From contig CAZGJD010000005.1 of assembly GCA_964526385.1 (NCBI GenBank), positions 38,989 to 102,988 of the forward strand: a stretch of 64,000 nucleotides of DNA, written 5' to 3'. A model generated the notes under the pieces. It was not told where the DNA came from, searched no databases, and saw nothing but the letters and a program-made list of their open reading frames with translations. The stretch comes from an uncultured Candidatus Poseidoniales archaeon (lineage in GTDB: Archaea > Thermoplasmatota > Poseidoniia > Poseidoniales > Poseidoniaceae). Shown here in pieces: positions 1 through 9,537 of this stretch. A program made the position numbers and the translations under genes. How positions within the stretch are numbered: the first letter of the stretch is position 1; each line of letters begins with the position of its first letter.

Positions 1-89
1 ATTGCTCTAACTGGGATATTGCGTGATAGCAATTCCATGACAACATGTGCGCCAATAAACCCCGTAGCCCCAGTAACCAAAACGGTCAT
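1..89 (-). CDS. NAD-dependent epimerase/dehydratase (SDR family), N-terminal fragment cut by the window edge
   Basis: Reading the minus strand from the ATG at 89-87 gives MTVLVTGATGFIGAHVVMELLSRNIPVRA. This is a GxxGxxG Rossmann N-terminus typical of extended SDR epimerases/dehydratases. It is too short to appear in the ORF track. Confidence 0.5.
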   Translation of the reverse strand, partial: MTVLVTGATGFIGAHVVMELLSRNIPVRA

Positions 90-146
90 GCACCCCCGAA
101 CCAGTCCACCGTCATTTTATTGTCGCAATCTGTGTGGGCGTATTTG

Positions 147-1940
147 ATGCGAGCGGCAATCTTGATGACATTACTGTTCGTTTTGGTTCCACTCTCTGGT
201 TGTCTAGGTAGTGAAAAAACCGAGGACGAGCCTATTGAATCATCATACTATCCTGATATTTATGATAGAAAGGACCTGAAATGGGAATGGAATGGGACCT
301 ATTCTATGGTACTTAGCCCGGGGCCATATGACGCACTCCCTGTTCAAGAGGCGCTTATTGAGGTGGACACGTCAGATATCTGGGAGACCGGACCAGAAAC
401 TTCAGAAGTGCACCTATCCTATTGGCTTCCATCCAACACCGAATTGGGAGAGAAAGTTCCGGTAATTGGTATAGTGAGCCCGTATTATTCCTATGGACAG
501 CCAGGTTCAGAATCCGGTGCTACAAATGTCGTAGCCGCAGGTAGAGGCGAATTTATCTACGACAATTACGTTCCCCACGGTTATGCATTAGCACAAGTAT
601 CAGTCTTCGGGACAGAAGAATCTAGCGGTTGTTTCGATTACAGAGGCGCTGGAGAAGGGCTTGGCATTCACGCCGCTGTTGAATGGCTGGGCCAGCAAAA
701 TTGGTCAAACGGACACGTAGGACTCTATGGAAAATCGTACGAGGGAGCTACACAATGGGAAGCGGCTGCAATGGGAAGTGAATATCTGAAAACTATTGTC
801 CCAATCTCTGGAACAACCGCATTACACCCATTACTATACAAAAACGGAAGTGCGGAAGCTCGCAGTCAAGTGATGCACATGAATTATTTTAGTAGCACTG
901 TTGATTACAACGGTGACGATTTAGACAATATTTGCCCGGATATCGTTGAGGGCTTGTTTGCTGGGCCTGTTACTTATGGATTAGGAGAACTAGATCCATA
1001 CATGGAAAATTATTACGATGAGAGAAGCCATATCGATAAGGCATTCATGAATTGGAACGGGTCCATTTATTGGGTTCAAGGGATGCAAGATTGGAATGTA
1101 GACCCCCACCAAGTTTTTGGCGGACCGGCCGGAACAAATTGGTATCTTGATTACACAAATGCGGGGTATAATGTCAGAGGCATGCTCGGACAGTGGGAAC
1201 ACAATTATCCAGACCAATGGACAAAACACAACAATCAAGCAAGCGGTTATGGTGGGGAGGCGATTGAAAACATGACGCGATGGGATTGGGGGCAAGACTT
1301 GTTTGAGTGGTTCGAATATTATCTCAAAGGAGTAGGTCCTAAACCAGACAATCATGCTCAAATCCAGCGAAATGACGGGCAGTGGAGGATAGAGGAAGTT
1401 TGGCCACCGGAAGACGCATCATGGCAAAAAATCAGTCTTTCTGACTGTGATAAATCGGGAACAAGAGTCGGGGGAGCTTCCGTAATTGGGGGAGGGATTT
1501 CTACAGTCGAGTTTAATTGTCAAGGCTTTTCTGAAGAATTGCACATTTCAGGACTTCCAACATTACACTTGGATGTAACCCCCTCGTACAACGGAGGTCA
1601 AATTTTTGCAGAGTTACAGGACGCAGAAACCGGCTTACGCCTTGGACATGCAACTATGGACGTTCGATACTATGCTGGTGGATACGAACCTCAAACGGTA
1701 GTCCCAGGTCAAAATTTAGTGATGTTGATGGAATTCCAAGGCCTTGACGTAGTTCTTCCTGCAGGACATGGCATCAAACTCGTTCTTACCGAATCTGGTG
1801 AGGATTATCTCGCCCCTGCGTGCGGGACGGCCTGTCCAGTGACAGTGAGTGGGGGAGAATTTTCGATCCCAACGATTATTCGTGATGCAAATCGAGTTCT
1901 GGAGACCCCACAATCCGAAGAAGCTGCCAATAATTTATGA
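147..1940 (+). CDS. Secreted CocE/NonD-family hydrolase (peptidase S15, X-Pro dipeptidyl-peptidase-like), probable lipoprotein
   Basis: Taken from ORF 45..1940. The internal ATG at 147 starts MRAAILMTLLFVLVPLSGC, a signal peptide with a lipobox-like LSGC, and avoids overlap with the divergent gene at 1..89. GLYGKSYEG is a GxSxG nucleophile elbow, and the size and layout fit the CocE/NonD family. Confidence 0.7.
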   Translation: MRAAILMTLLFVLVPLSGCLGSEKTEDEPIESSYYPDIYDRKDLKWEWNGTYSMVLSPGPYDALPVQEALIEVDTSDIWETGPETSEVHLSYWLPSNTELGEKVPVIGIVSPYYSYGQPGSESGATNVVAAGRGEFIYDNYVPHGYALAQVSVFGTEESSGCFDYRGAGEGLGIHAAVEWLGQQNWSNGHVGLYGKSYEGATQWEAAAMGSEYLKTIVPISGTTALHPLLYKNGSAEARSQVMHMNYFSSTVDYNGDDLDNICPDIVEGLFAGPVTYGLGELDPYMENYYDERSHIDKAFMNWNGSIYWVQGMQDWNVDPHQVFGGPAGTNWYLDYTNAGYNVRGMLGQWEHNYPDQWTKHNNQASGYGGEAIENMTRWDWGQDLFEWFEYYLKGVGPKPDNHAQIQRNDGQWRIEEVWPPEDASWQKISLSDCDKSGTRVGGASVIGGGISTVEFNCQGFSEELHISGLPTLHLDVTPSYNGGQIFAELQDAETGLRLGHATMDVRYYAGGYEPQTVVPGQNLVMLMEFQGLDVVLPAGHGIKLVLTESGEDYLAPACGTACPVTVSGGEFSIPTIIRDANRVLETPQSEEAANNL

Positions 1941-2088
1941 GTTAGGCATTTGCTCAGAGCGCGTTAATATTTCATTAAAAACGAACAAAATAAAAACATT
2001 TAATTTCGAATTAGTTAATCATTTGATTATAAATTTAGAATATATCTGAATGAATAAGCATAATATTCGCACAATGTTTGGGCGATTG

Positions 2089-2097
2089 TATAATATA
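2089..2097 (+). promoter_or_regulatory. Putative archaeal TATA box upstream of glutamine synthetase
   Basis: TATAATATA lies about 30 nt upstream of the ATG at 2127 in an AT-rich intergenic region. The spacing implies a very short or absent leader. Confidence 0.35.
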
Positions 2098-2126
2098 CCG
2101 TATTGGCTACGCACCGTCTGATACCC

Positions 2127-3137
2127 ATGATGGATAAAGCAAAACTTGAGTATATTTGGCTCGATGGTTACGAGCCAACGCAAAACATGAGAAGTAAAAC
2201 AATGGTTCGCAATAATTTTGGCGGAACAATAGAAGAATGCCCTATGTGGATGTTTGACGGATCTTCAACCAGACAAGCCGACGGTAGCGCATCTGATTGT
2301 CTATTGAAACCAGTTAATATATTCCCAGACCCTCAAAGGATAAACGGCTACTTGGTCATGTGCGAAGTAATGAATCCAGATGGCTCACCTCACCCAAGTA
2401 ATGGGAGAGCGACAATCGATGACGATGATGATGATTTTTGGTTTGGATTTGAACAAGAATACTTCATCATGGACGTAGAAACACAACTCCCTCTAGGATT
2501 CCCCGTAGGGGGCTATCCTGGCCCACAAGGCCTCTACTATTGTTCGGTTGGCGGAAAGAATACTCACGGAAGAGCACTCGTTGAAGAACACGCAGACCTT
2601 TGCTTAGAGGCCGGACTAAACTTCGAAGGAATCAACCAAGAGGTGGCCTGCGGACAATGGGAATTCCAGATTTTCGCTAAGGGTGCAAAACAAGCAGGTG
2701 ACGAATTATGGGTTGCAAGATATTTACTCGACAGATTAACCGAAAGCTATGGATATTACATCGAGTACCACCCTAAGCCAATCAAAGGTGATTGGAACGG
2801 CTCTGGAATGCACGCAAACTTCTCCAATACCGCAATGCGTGAAACCGGCGGTAAGGAATTATTCGACAGTATCTGTGAAGCCTTCGGGCAAAATATCGAA
2901 AAGCACATGTCTGTTTATGGAGCTCACAACGAAGAGAGATTGACAGGACTGCACGAAACCCAATCAATAGACCAATTCTCATATGGTGTGTCAGATAGAG
3001 GCGCTTCGATAAGAGTTCCAGCATCCGTACCTACTGATGGTTGGGTTGGAAGATTAGAAGATCGCAGACCAGCGTCAAATGGAGACCCATATAAGATTGG
3101 AGCAGTAATTATTGAGACTACAAAATCAGTTTGTTGA
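2127..3137 (+). CDS. glnA: Glutamine synthetase, type II (eukaryote-like GSII)
   Basis: The protein is collinear with eukaryotic/GSII enzymes. Matching blocks are EYIWLDG, WMFDGSST, WFGFEQEYF, GPQGLYYC, GINQEVACGQWEFQI, KPIKGDWNGSGMHANFS, NEERLTGLHETQSIDQFSYGVSDRGASIRVP and LEDRRPASNGDPY. The track ORF begins at a TTG at 2103, but the ATG at 2127 is more likely the start. Confidence 0.9.
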   Translation: MMDKAKLEYIWLDGYEPTQNMRSKTMVRNNFGGTIEECPMWMFDGSSTRQADGSASDCLLKPVNIFPDPQRINGYLVMCEVMNPDGSPHPSNGRATIDDDDDDFWFGFEQEYFIMDVETQLPLGFPVGGYPGPQGLYYCSVGGKNTHGRALVEEHADLCLEAGLNFEGINQEVACGQWEFQIFAKGAKQAGDELWVARYLLDRLTESYGYYIEYHPKPIKGDWNGSGMHANFSNTAMRETGGKELFDSICEAFGQNIEKHMSVYGAHNEERLTGLHETQSIDQFSYGVSDRGASIRVPASVPTDGWVGRLEDRRPASNGDPYKIGAVIIETTKSVC

Positions 3138-3407
3138 AGCCTCAATTCTACGAATCCGAATGACGCCAATTAGTACAGATGCTATGGCTGCCAGCGTTAC
3201 CACGTTAGCGATAATCATAGCAATAGAATCGATTAGTATGCCATAGACTAACCATAAAAACAACGCAATTGTAACAATTGAAAACGTGGGGATCGAAATT
3301 CCTTCATGCTTTTTCAAGACCCACACTTCTCTGATTTGTGGTAACCAGGCCACTATTCCAAGTAGGCCTGCAAACAAACCAATCGCTTCAATCCAAATTT
3401 CAGCCAT
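3126..3407 (-). CDS. SemiSWEET (PQ-loop/MtN3 half-transporter)
   Basis: A 93-aa protein with three TM helices. AWLPQIREV carries the PQ motif in TM1, and LWLVYGIL...IIANVVTL aligns with bacterial SemiSWEETs as I recall them. Start taken at the Met at 3407. Confidence 0.75.
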   Translation of the reverse strand: MAEIWIEAIGLFAGLLGIVAWLPQIREVWVLKKHEGISIPTFSIVTIALFLWLVYGILIDSIAMIIANVVTLAAIASVLIGVIRIRRIEASTN

Positions 3408-3494
3408 ACACCTCGGAATCAAATCATCCGTTTCAATACTTGCAAAAATTAAGTTTAGGGAAACTGTTTTTTGATTACGGGTTTAGCAGAACTC

Positions 3495-3761
3495 ATGGCA
3501 AGCGGAGACCAAGCAGTGAAAGACGCTCTAGCGAAACTATCGGATGCAATGAAAGATAGTGGACAAACCGTCAAAGAATTATTTAACGAACTAGATTTAG
3601 ACGGAGACGGAACAATAAACGGGCCTGAATTATACAAAGGAATACAGGCAAAGGTTGGAGAAAGACTCACTCCAGACCAAATCTCATCGATAATTTCTGC
3701 GTTTGATACCGATGGCGACAATAGGATAGATGTCTCAGAATTGCGAGTTGCATTAGGGTAA
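3495..3761 (+). CDS. EF-hand calcium-binding protein (two EF-hand loops)
   Basis: Two canonical 12-residue loops are present: DLDGDGTINGPE and DTDGDNRIDVSE. The ATG at 3495 is preferred over the TTG at 3471. Confidence 0.7.
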   Translation: MASGDQAVKDALAKLSDAMKDSGQTVKELFNELDLDGDGTINGPELYKGIQAKVGERLTPDQISSIISAFDTDGDNRIDVSELRVALG

Positions 3762-3816
3762 ATTCATAATGCATAAAAATTAAACTACTCTTTAATTTTC
3801 AAGGAAATTCGACATC

Positions 3817-4638
3817 TTAACCCCATCCTTTTCTAGGGTTGCTAAATTCTATCTTTGAAATATTTGCAAACGGTATTACTCTTGGACTATCCTCTCCAAC
3901 TACTGCTATTAATGGACCAGATTGGTCAGTGATAGTTTGCCCTGTTGACATCAAACTTTTCGGCCCTGTTATCAATCCCAACAAGCCTGTGTGAGTGATA
4001 ATACAGTCACTACGTGGGTATGGGTATTCGAGTATATCTCCATGGACGGTTCTTCCGCCGTTCAAATGAATGGTATCCCAGGTTCCAAAACCGAGGAGAG
4101 TTTCGGCTAAGCTCTCATCAGGTTTTGATAGATCCATGCCCTCAACCATGTCTATGAATCCCATTTCGTCAAAAGCCACAGCATTCGAATTTTCGGGCAA
4201 CTGCGACCACTCAAGGTTTTTATTTGAGAACACAAGAACCACTTCAGGAGAAAAATTATGCGGACCGCATCGTGAAAAATGCAGGTCGACTAATATCCTG
4301 CCTTTTCTCGCCGTCCATTCTATGATGTCTTTGTGTAAGAGTGTGGAACCGTTTTTTCTTGTTTGTAAGAATCTACCATCATCTTGAATATTGAAAGACC
4401 CAGACCAATGCTTTTGCTCTATTATTAACAATCTATCTTTTGTTGCAATAACCATATCGATCTCTCTCCGGCCACCTTCATCAGGGTCGGGTATTCGAAT
4501 TCCCTCGAGGACCAAAGCATCTTTTGCCACCGCTCTAGTTAATTTCATCAGTCTAAATTCTGCTAGTCTTCCTGAAACGACATGTCCGAAGGGCTCAAAC
4601 GTCATTCTTCGGGAAAAAAATTCAGACAGCCTCCCCAA
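3817..4638 (-). CDS. NERD domain-containing protein (nuclease-related domain)
   Basis: EIDMVIATKDRLLIIEQKHWSG matches the NERD core, where the D..hhh..E.K motif is followed by an aromatic residue and SG. Confidence 0.5.
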   Translation of the reverse strand: MGRLSEFFSRRMTFEPFGHVVSGRLAEFRLMKLTRAVAKDALVLEGIRIPDPDEGGRREIDMVIATKDRLLIIEQKHWSGSFNIQDDGRFLQTRKNGSTLLHKDIIEWTARKGRILVDLHFSRCGPHNFSPEVVLVFSNKNLEWSQLPENSNAVAFDEMGFIDMVEGMDLSKPDESLAETLLGFGTWDTIHLNGGRTVHGDILEYPYPRSDCIITHTGLLGLITGPKSLMSTGQTITDQSGPLIAVVGEDSPRVIPFANISKIEFSNPRKGWG

Positions 4639-4642
4639 GAAT

Positions 4643-5419
4643 TCACCTCAGTAACGAGTCAACCGAATCGATTACTACATCGACATCTACTTCAGATTTT
4701 TGTAAATCTTCCAGCGTTGCCTCTCCAGATAGTACGAGAATTGAAACACATCCCGCTCTGTTTGCCATTTCCATATCGGTGTACAATCTATCTCCAACCA
4801 TTGCACACTCTTCTGGCGAGTAGCCCAACTCCTCTATTTTGTGCATTATCATACCTGGGTTTGGCTTCCCTGTTATGTGCACTGGGTCAACCCCAGTAGT
4901 AACTTTCAACATCGCAAGATATGCACCAACGTCTGGTAAGCCCCCATCTGGGGAAGGGCAAACCATGTCTGGATGGCTTGCCACCAAAGGAACTCCTTTG
5001 TGGAGATGTACTGACGCTACTGAAATTTTGTCATAATTTATTTCAGTATCATATCCAAGAACAACGTATTGTGGGTTATCATCACGCGTAGTTATTCCTT
5101 CAGATTCCATCATTTCGCACATGCCCTTTGTTGCGATTGCATATGTTCTATCCACATTATTTTTCTTTAGCCATGAGAGTAAGTCATGCGTGGATAGTAG
5201 GACATCATCTGCCGTACAAGGGATGTCAAGCTTGTGCAATTTTTCCACATATTGCGAGACAGATCGAGATGAATTATTAGATAGAAAATATCGCCTAACA
5301 CCCTTTTCATCACACCTTTTTAGAAATTCAAGGGCTCCCTCAATTAACGATGAACCCAAGTATATTGTTCCATCAAGGTCAAGGAATACAGCCTTGATAT
5401 TTTCTAAACCTGAATTCAA
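4643..5419 (-). CDS. HAD-superfamily hydrolase, subfamily IIA (NagD/PNPase-like phosphatase)
   Basis: Contains the HAD motifs: DLDGTIY (motif I), GKPNPGM, and VGDRLYTDMEMA (motif IV). Confidence 0.75.
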   Translation of the reverse strand: MNSGLENIKAVFLDLDGTIYLGSSLIEGALEFLKRCDEKGVRRYFLSNNSSRSVSQYVEKLHKLDIPCTADDVLLSTHDLLSWLKKNNVDRTYAIATKGMCEMMESEGITTRDDNPQYVVLGYDTEINYDKISVASVHLHKGVPLVASHPDMVCPSPDGGLPDVGAYLAMLKVTTGVDPVHITGKPNPGMIMHKIEELGYSPEECAMVGDRLYTDMEMANRAGCVSILVLSGEATLEDLQKSEVDVDVVIDSVDSLLR

Positions 5420-5428
5420 TAACTCACC

Positions 5429-6751
5429 TCAAAATAGTAATGTCTTTACTAAAAACCATTTGGAATGAAGGTTTTCTTGCGCTTCTTTACTGGCTATCAT
5501 GTCAGTCATCATGTGCTGAATTTCTGGTTTTCTGCCAGCCTTTCCTACAAACCAGTTCAAAAGCCATTTTTTACGACTCATCTTCTGCATTTTGAAAGAA
5601 TTTGTCAACTCAGGACCAAGTGTTGCCCACAACTCATCCTGGTATTCTTTCATACCTCTATTTTCTATAACGTGGCGAGCCGCCATTTCACCACTAACAA
5701 GAGCATTACCAACACCCTCGCCAGAGAAAGGGTCTACTAAACTTGCAGAATCTCCAATTAGCAATGCGCCTGGTGCGTATGCCCTTCGAGGCTGATTTAC
5801 CTCTCCTTTACGCGGGCTTCCGAAGGGCAGTTGCCACCCCTTGCCTGTTCCAGGGATCATTTCCGCATCTGCAAATCTGTCCTTGAATAGGGGGTGATTT
5901 TTAATGACGTCTGCCTGCAAAGCCTTCAATTTCTTCTTCTGCTTATCGAGTAAACCGAGAACCATGCCAATTCCGACATTCACCTTGCCTTCCCCAAGTG
6001 GGAATAGCCAGAAGTAACCTGGTATTACGTCGTCAACAAAATGGATTTCGATATTTCCAGAATCTCCTTCACAACCCTTGACGCCAGACCAATACTCTCG
6101 ATATCCTCCACAGTAATGCATTCTGTCAATCAATTCTTCCTTTGCAAGATCTTTGACAATCTTTCGTGCTACAGGGCATTGGTAACCACCTGCACCTATC
6201 GTCCACGGGGCGTGATAATTTCTCATCTCACCCTTTTTACCACCAATTCCGACAGCGACTCCGGTAATTACTCCATCATTATCGAAAACCTCCGTAACGG
6301 TTGCACCTTGTATTACGGCGCCATTATTCTCTAGTACTAATTCAGTAGCTCTTTCGAAAAGTAACCAGTCGAATTGTTGTCTCGGCAGTGAGTATCCCGC
6401 CTCTAATTTTTCAACCTCTTCTTCCGGCAGAGGGACCGTAACGTCATTTCCATTGGGAGATGAAAATACGATTCCAGTAACGCGAAAATGAGGAGTGGAT
6501 TCTAGTTTAGCCTTTACCCCAAGAGCTTTCACATGACTCAAAGATTTTCCACCCACAGCATCTCCACAAATTTTGTCACGAGGCCACACCCCCTTTTCCA
6601 CTAAGAGAACAGATTTCCCTTCCATAGCAAGATATGATGCGGCAGCGGCTCCTCCAGGCCCGCCACCAACGATAATACAGTCGAACGACTCACCATCCTG
6701 TGGGATTTCTCCGGTTTCAATAGGCAAGTCCCAAAACCTATCCTCCGCCAT
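5429..6751 (-). CDS. Geranylgeranyl reductase family flavoprotein (archaeal lipid/prenyl reductase)
   Basis: FDCIIVGGGPGGAAAASYLA is an FAD-binding GxGxxG motif. KICGDAVG is the conserved GGR cysteine motif. At 440 aa the length is typical of the family. Confidence 0.75.
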   Translation of the reverse strand: MAEDRFWDLPIETGEIPQDGESFDCIIVGGGPGGAAAASYLAMEGKSVLLVEKGVWPRDKICGDAVGGKSLSHVKALGVKAKLESTPHFRVTGIVFSSPNGNDVTVPLPEEEVEKLEAGYSLPRQQFDWLLFERATELVLENNGAVIQGATVTEVFDNDGVITGVAVGIGGKKGEMRNYHAPWTIGAGGYQCPVARKIVKDLAKEELIDRMHYCGGYREYWSGVKGCEGDSGNIEIHFVDDVIPGYFWLFPLGEGKVNVGIGMVLGLLDKQKKKLKALQADVIKNHPLFKDRFADAEMIPGTGKGWQLPFGSPRKGEVNQPRRAYAPGALLIGDSASLVDPFSGEGVGNALVSGEMAARHVIENRGMKEYQDELWATLGPELTNSFKMQKMSRKKWLLNWFVGKAGRKPEIQHMMTDMIASKEAQENLHSKWFLVKTLLF

Positions 6752-6857
6752 GATTAGCCATACGTCATTAGGCTCAAGAGCATATTCACTAAAATCGTAT
6801 TCAAAAAAATTAGGAAATTACCGAGATTATCAATAACTTTGCAGAACATCATGTGAT

Positions 6858-7793
6858 ATGCCAACCAAGAGACAGGCAGTCCTCGGCCTTCTCGTGGTTA
6901 CTATTTTTTGGGGAGGTACCTTTGTTTGGATGAAACAAATTATGTCTGCCTTAACTCAAGAAATTGAGATTTACGGCAAGTCAGGAGTCGTTTCTACAGT
7001 AGTTGCATCTAGATTTTTACTCGCTTTAGTTGTTCTACTAGCGATTTCAGCACGGGCAAGAAGCGGACTTAAATCAATGGAGGACTGGAAAGGAGGCCTT
7101 CTTCTTGGGTCATTAATGTTGGGCGGTTTCGTATTACAGATGATAGGGATAGCTTCAGTATCTCCTGCAGTGTCAGCTTTTCTAACATCACTTTACGTGG
7201 TATGTACGGCATGTTTCTCAATTTTTATCTCGGATAGGAAACCGACGAGAATGATGATTTTTGGAGTAATTTTGGCCACTATTGGAGCCGGATTCATCGA
7301 TGGGCCACCGCATATTGTTTGGGGTGTTGGTGAATTATTGACCGTTATTAGCGCCGTATTTTTTGCAATCCACATAATCTATACGGATTCTGTTACTCGT
7401 CAGAGGGACCCGATTGCAATTACAGCAACATCATTTGTGGTCCTTGTCTTTGGGGCGATATTGATGATGTTGGCATTCACTGGAGGTTTTACTGTAGTCG
7501 AATCAACTTGGCAAGATGGAGTGATTCTCCCTTTGCTTTGTCTTGGCCTTCTCGGCTCATTGGTTTGCATTCTCGTCATGAATCTAATGCAGAAATATCT
7601 CAACCCAACTCACGCCGCTATTATCTACTCGTTTGAACCGGTTTGGGCAACATTGTACGGGTGGTCTGTTGGCCTCGTTGAAATCAAGATTTGGTTGGTT
7701 ATGGGATTACTATTGTTGATCGGTAACATAATTGTAGAACTTGATGAAAACAAAGAGGAAACTCATCTGAGTGATGATGCCTTGCCTGAGTAA
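6858..7793 (+). CDS. EamA/DMT-family transporter
   Basis: About 10 TM helices arranged as two EamA-like halves, with a size typical of the DMT superfamily. Confidence 0.6.
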   Translation: MPTKRQAVLGLLVVTIFWGGTFVWMKQIMSALTQEIEIYGKSGVVSTVVASRFLLALVVLLAISARARSGLKSMEDWKGGLLLGSLMLGGFVLQMIGIASVSPAVSAFLTSLYVVCTACFSIFISDRKPTRMMIFGVILATIGAGFIDGPPHIVWGVGELLTVISAVFFAIHIIYTDSVTRQRDPIAITATSFVVLVFGAILMMLAFTGGFTVVESTWQDGVILPLLCLGLLGSLVCILVMNLMQKYLNPTHAAIIYSFEPVWATLYGWSVGLVEIKIWLVMGLLLLIGNIIVELDENKEETHLSDDALPE

Positions 7794-8218
7794 TCATAGA
7801 ACGAAACCATGGTCTGCGTATTGGAAACACCACCTACCTTTGATAATCCGTCGAGAATAGCATCGCCAAGCGTATCCATTGATGGGCTTACAACTTCGAT
7901 TAGTAAGTCCCAATCTCCGGCAATTACATTACACCTAACGACGTAGGGAAATTGACAAATTTTTTGAGCTACTGAGCGCCTGTCTACATTTCCCCTCTCA
8001 CACCGAGCAAAAATGAATGCTCTGAGGTCATACCCCCACGCTTTAGCATCTATGTCAACCGTGAATCTTTGAATCACACCTTCACTCTTGAGTTTGACCA
8101 TCCTATCGTGTGTTGTAACTCTCGCCAAACCAAGAGTCTCTGCAATTGAGGTTACGGATGCTCTGGAATCCTGTTTTAACAATTCAATTATCTTCAAATC
8201 GTTAGAATCTAGCTTCAT
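7763..8218 (-). CDS. Lrp/AsnC-family transcriptional regulator
   Basis: MKLDSNDLKIIELLKQDSRASVTSIAETLGLARVTTHDRMVKLKSEGVI is an Lrp-type HTH, followed by a RAM-like C-terminal domain. The start at the Met at 8218 gives a typical length of about 151 aa. It is divergent from the PLP enzyme gene. Confidence 0.8.
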   Translation of the reverse strand: MKLDSNDLKIIELLKQDSRASVTSIAETLGLARVTTHDRMVKLKSEGVIQRFTVDIDAKAWGYDLRAFIFARCERGNVDRRSVAQKICQFPYVVRCNVIAGDWDLLIEVVSPSMDTLGDAILDGLSKVGGVSNTQTMVSFYDYSGKASSLR

Positions 8219-8366
8219 ATTTGATACGAATAGATTTCTAATTATCAAATATTCCGTCATAATGTCGGGAAAACTATCGAAAAGAGAGGTATTTTCCGAC
8301 ATTAGAAAGTAAATTGTTGCGAATTGTTCAAGAGCGAGTTAGTACAAACACAAATTGGGAACGCCT

Positions 8367-9536
8367 ATGTCCGACAAAAAGAGATTCGCATCGAAAGCGG
8401 TGCATTCGGGAACGCAGCACATCGAAGGAGCGGTAAATACACCAATTTTCCAATCTTCGACATACCAACTTACGGACGAGCGCTATCAAGGATGGGCTAA
8501 TGGAGCACAACATACGTTACTTTATGCAAGACTATCAAGCGTTAACTCAGAAGCTGTTGTCCAGAAATTATGCGCCCTTGAAGGAGCAGAAGATGGTGAA
8601 TTATTTGCAAGTGGCATGGCCGCCATTTCGACCACTCTTATGGGGCTCCTTTCTCACGGAGACCACATTGTCGCAAGCTCTGACGTATACGGAGGAACAT
8701 ATGGTTTGATGACAGAAGAACTCCCTAGATTTGGGATATCCACGACTATGGCGGATATGCAAGATCCTTCTTCGTATGAATCTGCTATTCAGGAAAATAC
8801 GAAGATGCTGTACATAGAAACAATAACAAATCCAGTAATCAAAATATGTGATATAGAAGCCATGGCAGATATCGCAAAAAGGCATAACCTACTCTTAGTC
8901 ATCGATAATACATTTGCATCCCCCTGGGCATGTAGGCCAATATCTATGGGTGCTGATTTAGTGATTCACTCCACAACAAAGTACCTCGGGGGGCACTCTG
9001 ATATTATTGGGGGAGCAATAGTCGGCAGGGCGGATTTAATCGCACAACTGTTCCCCAAAAAAGTTCATTTTGGGGGCTCCCCAGATCCTCATAATTGTTA
9101 CCTTCTAGAAAGAGGAATGCGTACACTTGCAGCTCGAATGCCAATCCACTGCTCAAACGCAGCAGAAATCGCCAAGAGATTACAATCACATGAGTTAGTA
9201 GACGTAGTTCATCACCCAAGCCTCAATACCCACAGAGATTATGAAATTGCGAAACGAATAATTCCTAAAGGTACTGGAATGATTGCATTTACGTTAAAGG
9301 GAGGAGACGACATGGCTCTGAAATTTATGCGAGGATTGGATATGATTTTTGAGGCTACAAGCCTTGGTGGAGTGGAGAGTTTAGTAGAGTGTCCATTCAA
9401 CTCTAGTCACATGTTTATTCCTGAAGAAGTAAGAATAGCAGCAGGATTGGGCCCAGGATTTGTACGTATGTCGATTGGAATTGAAGATGTTGAAGACTTG
9501 TGGGACGACATCTCCACGGCACTTTCTAAGGTATAA
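8367..9536 (+). CDS. Cys/Met-metabolism PLP-dependent enzyme (cystathionine gamma-synthase/lyase or methionine gamma-lyase family)
   Basis: HSTTKYLGGHSD carries the PLP-binding lysine motif. The length and overall pattern fit the family. The ATG at 8367 is preferred. Confidence 0.8.
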   Translation: MSDKKRFASKAVHSGTQHIEGAVNTPIFQSSTYQLTDERYQGWANGAQHTLLYARLSSVNSEAVVQKLCALEGAEDGELFASGMAAISTTLMGLLSHGDHIVASSDVYGGTYGLMTEELPRFGISTTMADMQDPSSYESAIQENTKMLYIETITNPVIKICDIEAMADIAKRHNLLLVIDNTFASPWACRPISMGADLVIHSTTKYLGGHSDIIGGAIVGRADLIAQLFPKKVHFGGSPDPHNCYLLERGMRTLAARMPIHCSNAAEIAKRLQSHELVDVVHHPSLNTHRDYEIAKRIIPKGTGMIAFTLKGGDDMALKFMRGLDMIFEATSLGGVESLVECPFNSSHMFIPEEVRIAAGLGPGFVRMSIGIEDVEDLWDDISTALSKV

Positions 9537-9537
9537 T

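Noticed and set aside
45-146. The first 34 codons of ORF 45..1940.
   Set aside because: They overlap the divergent epimerase gene's start at 89. The Met at 147 begins a proper signal peptide.
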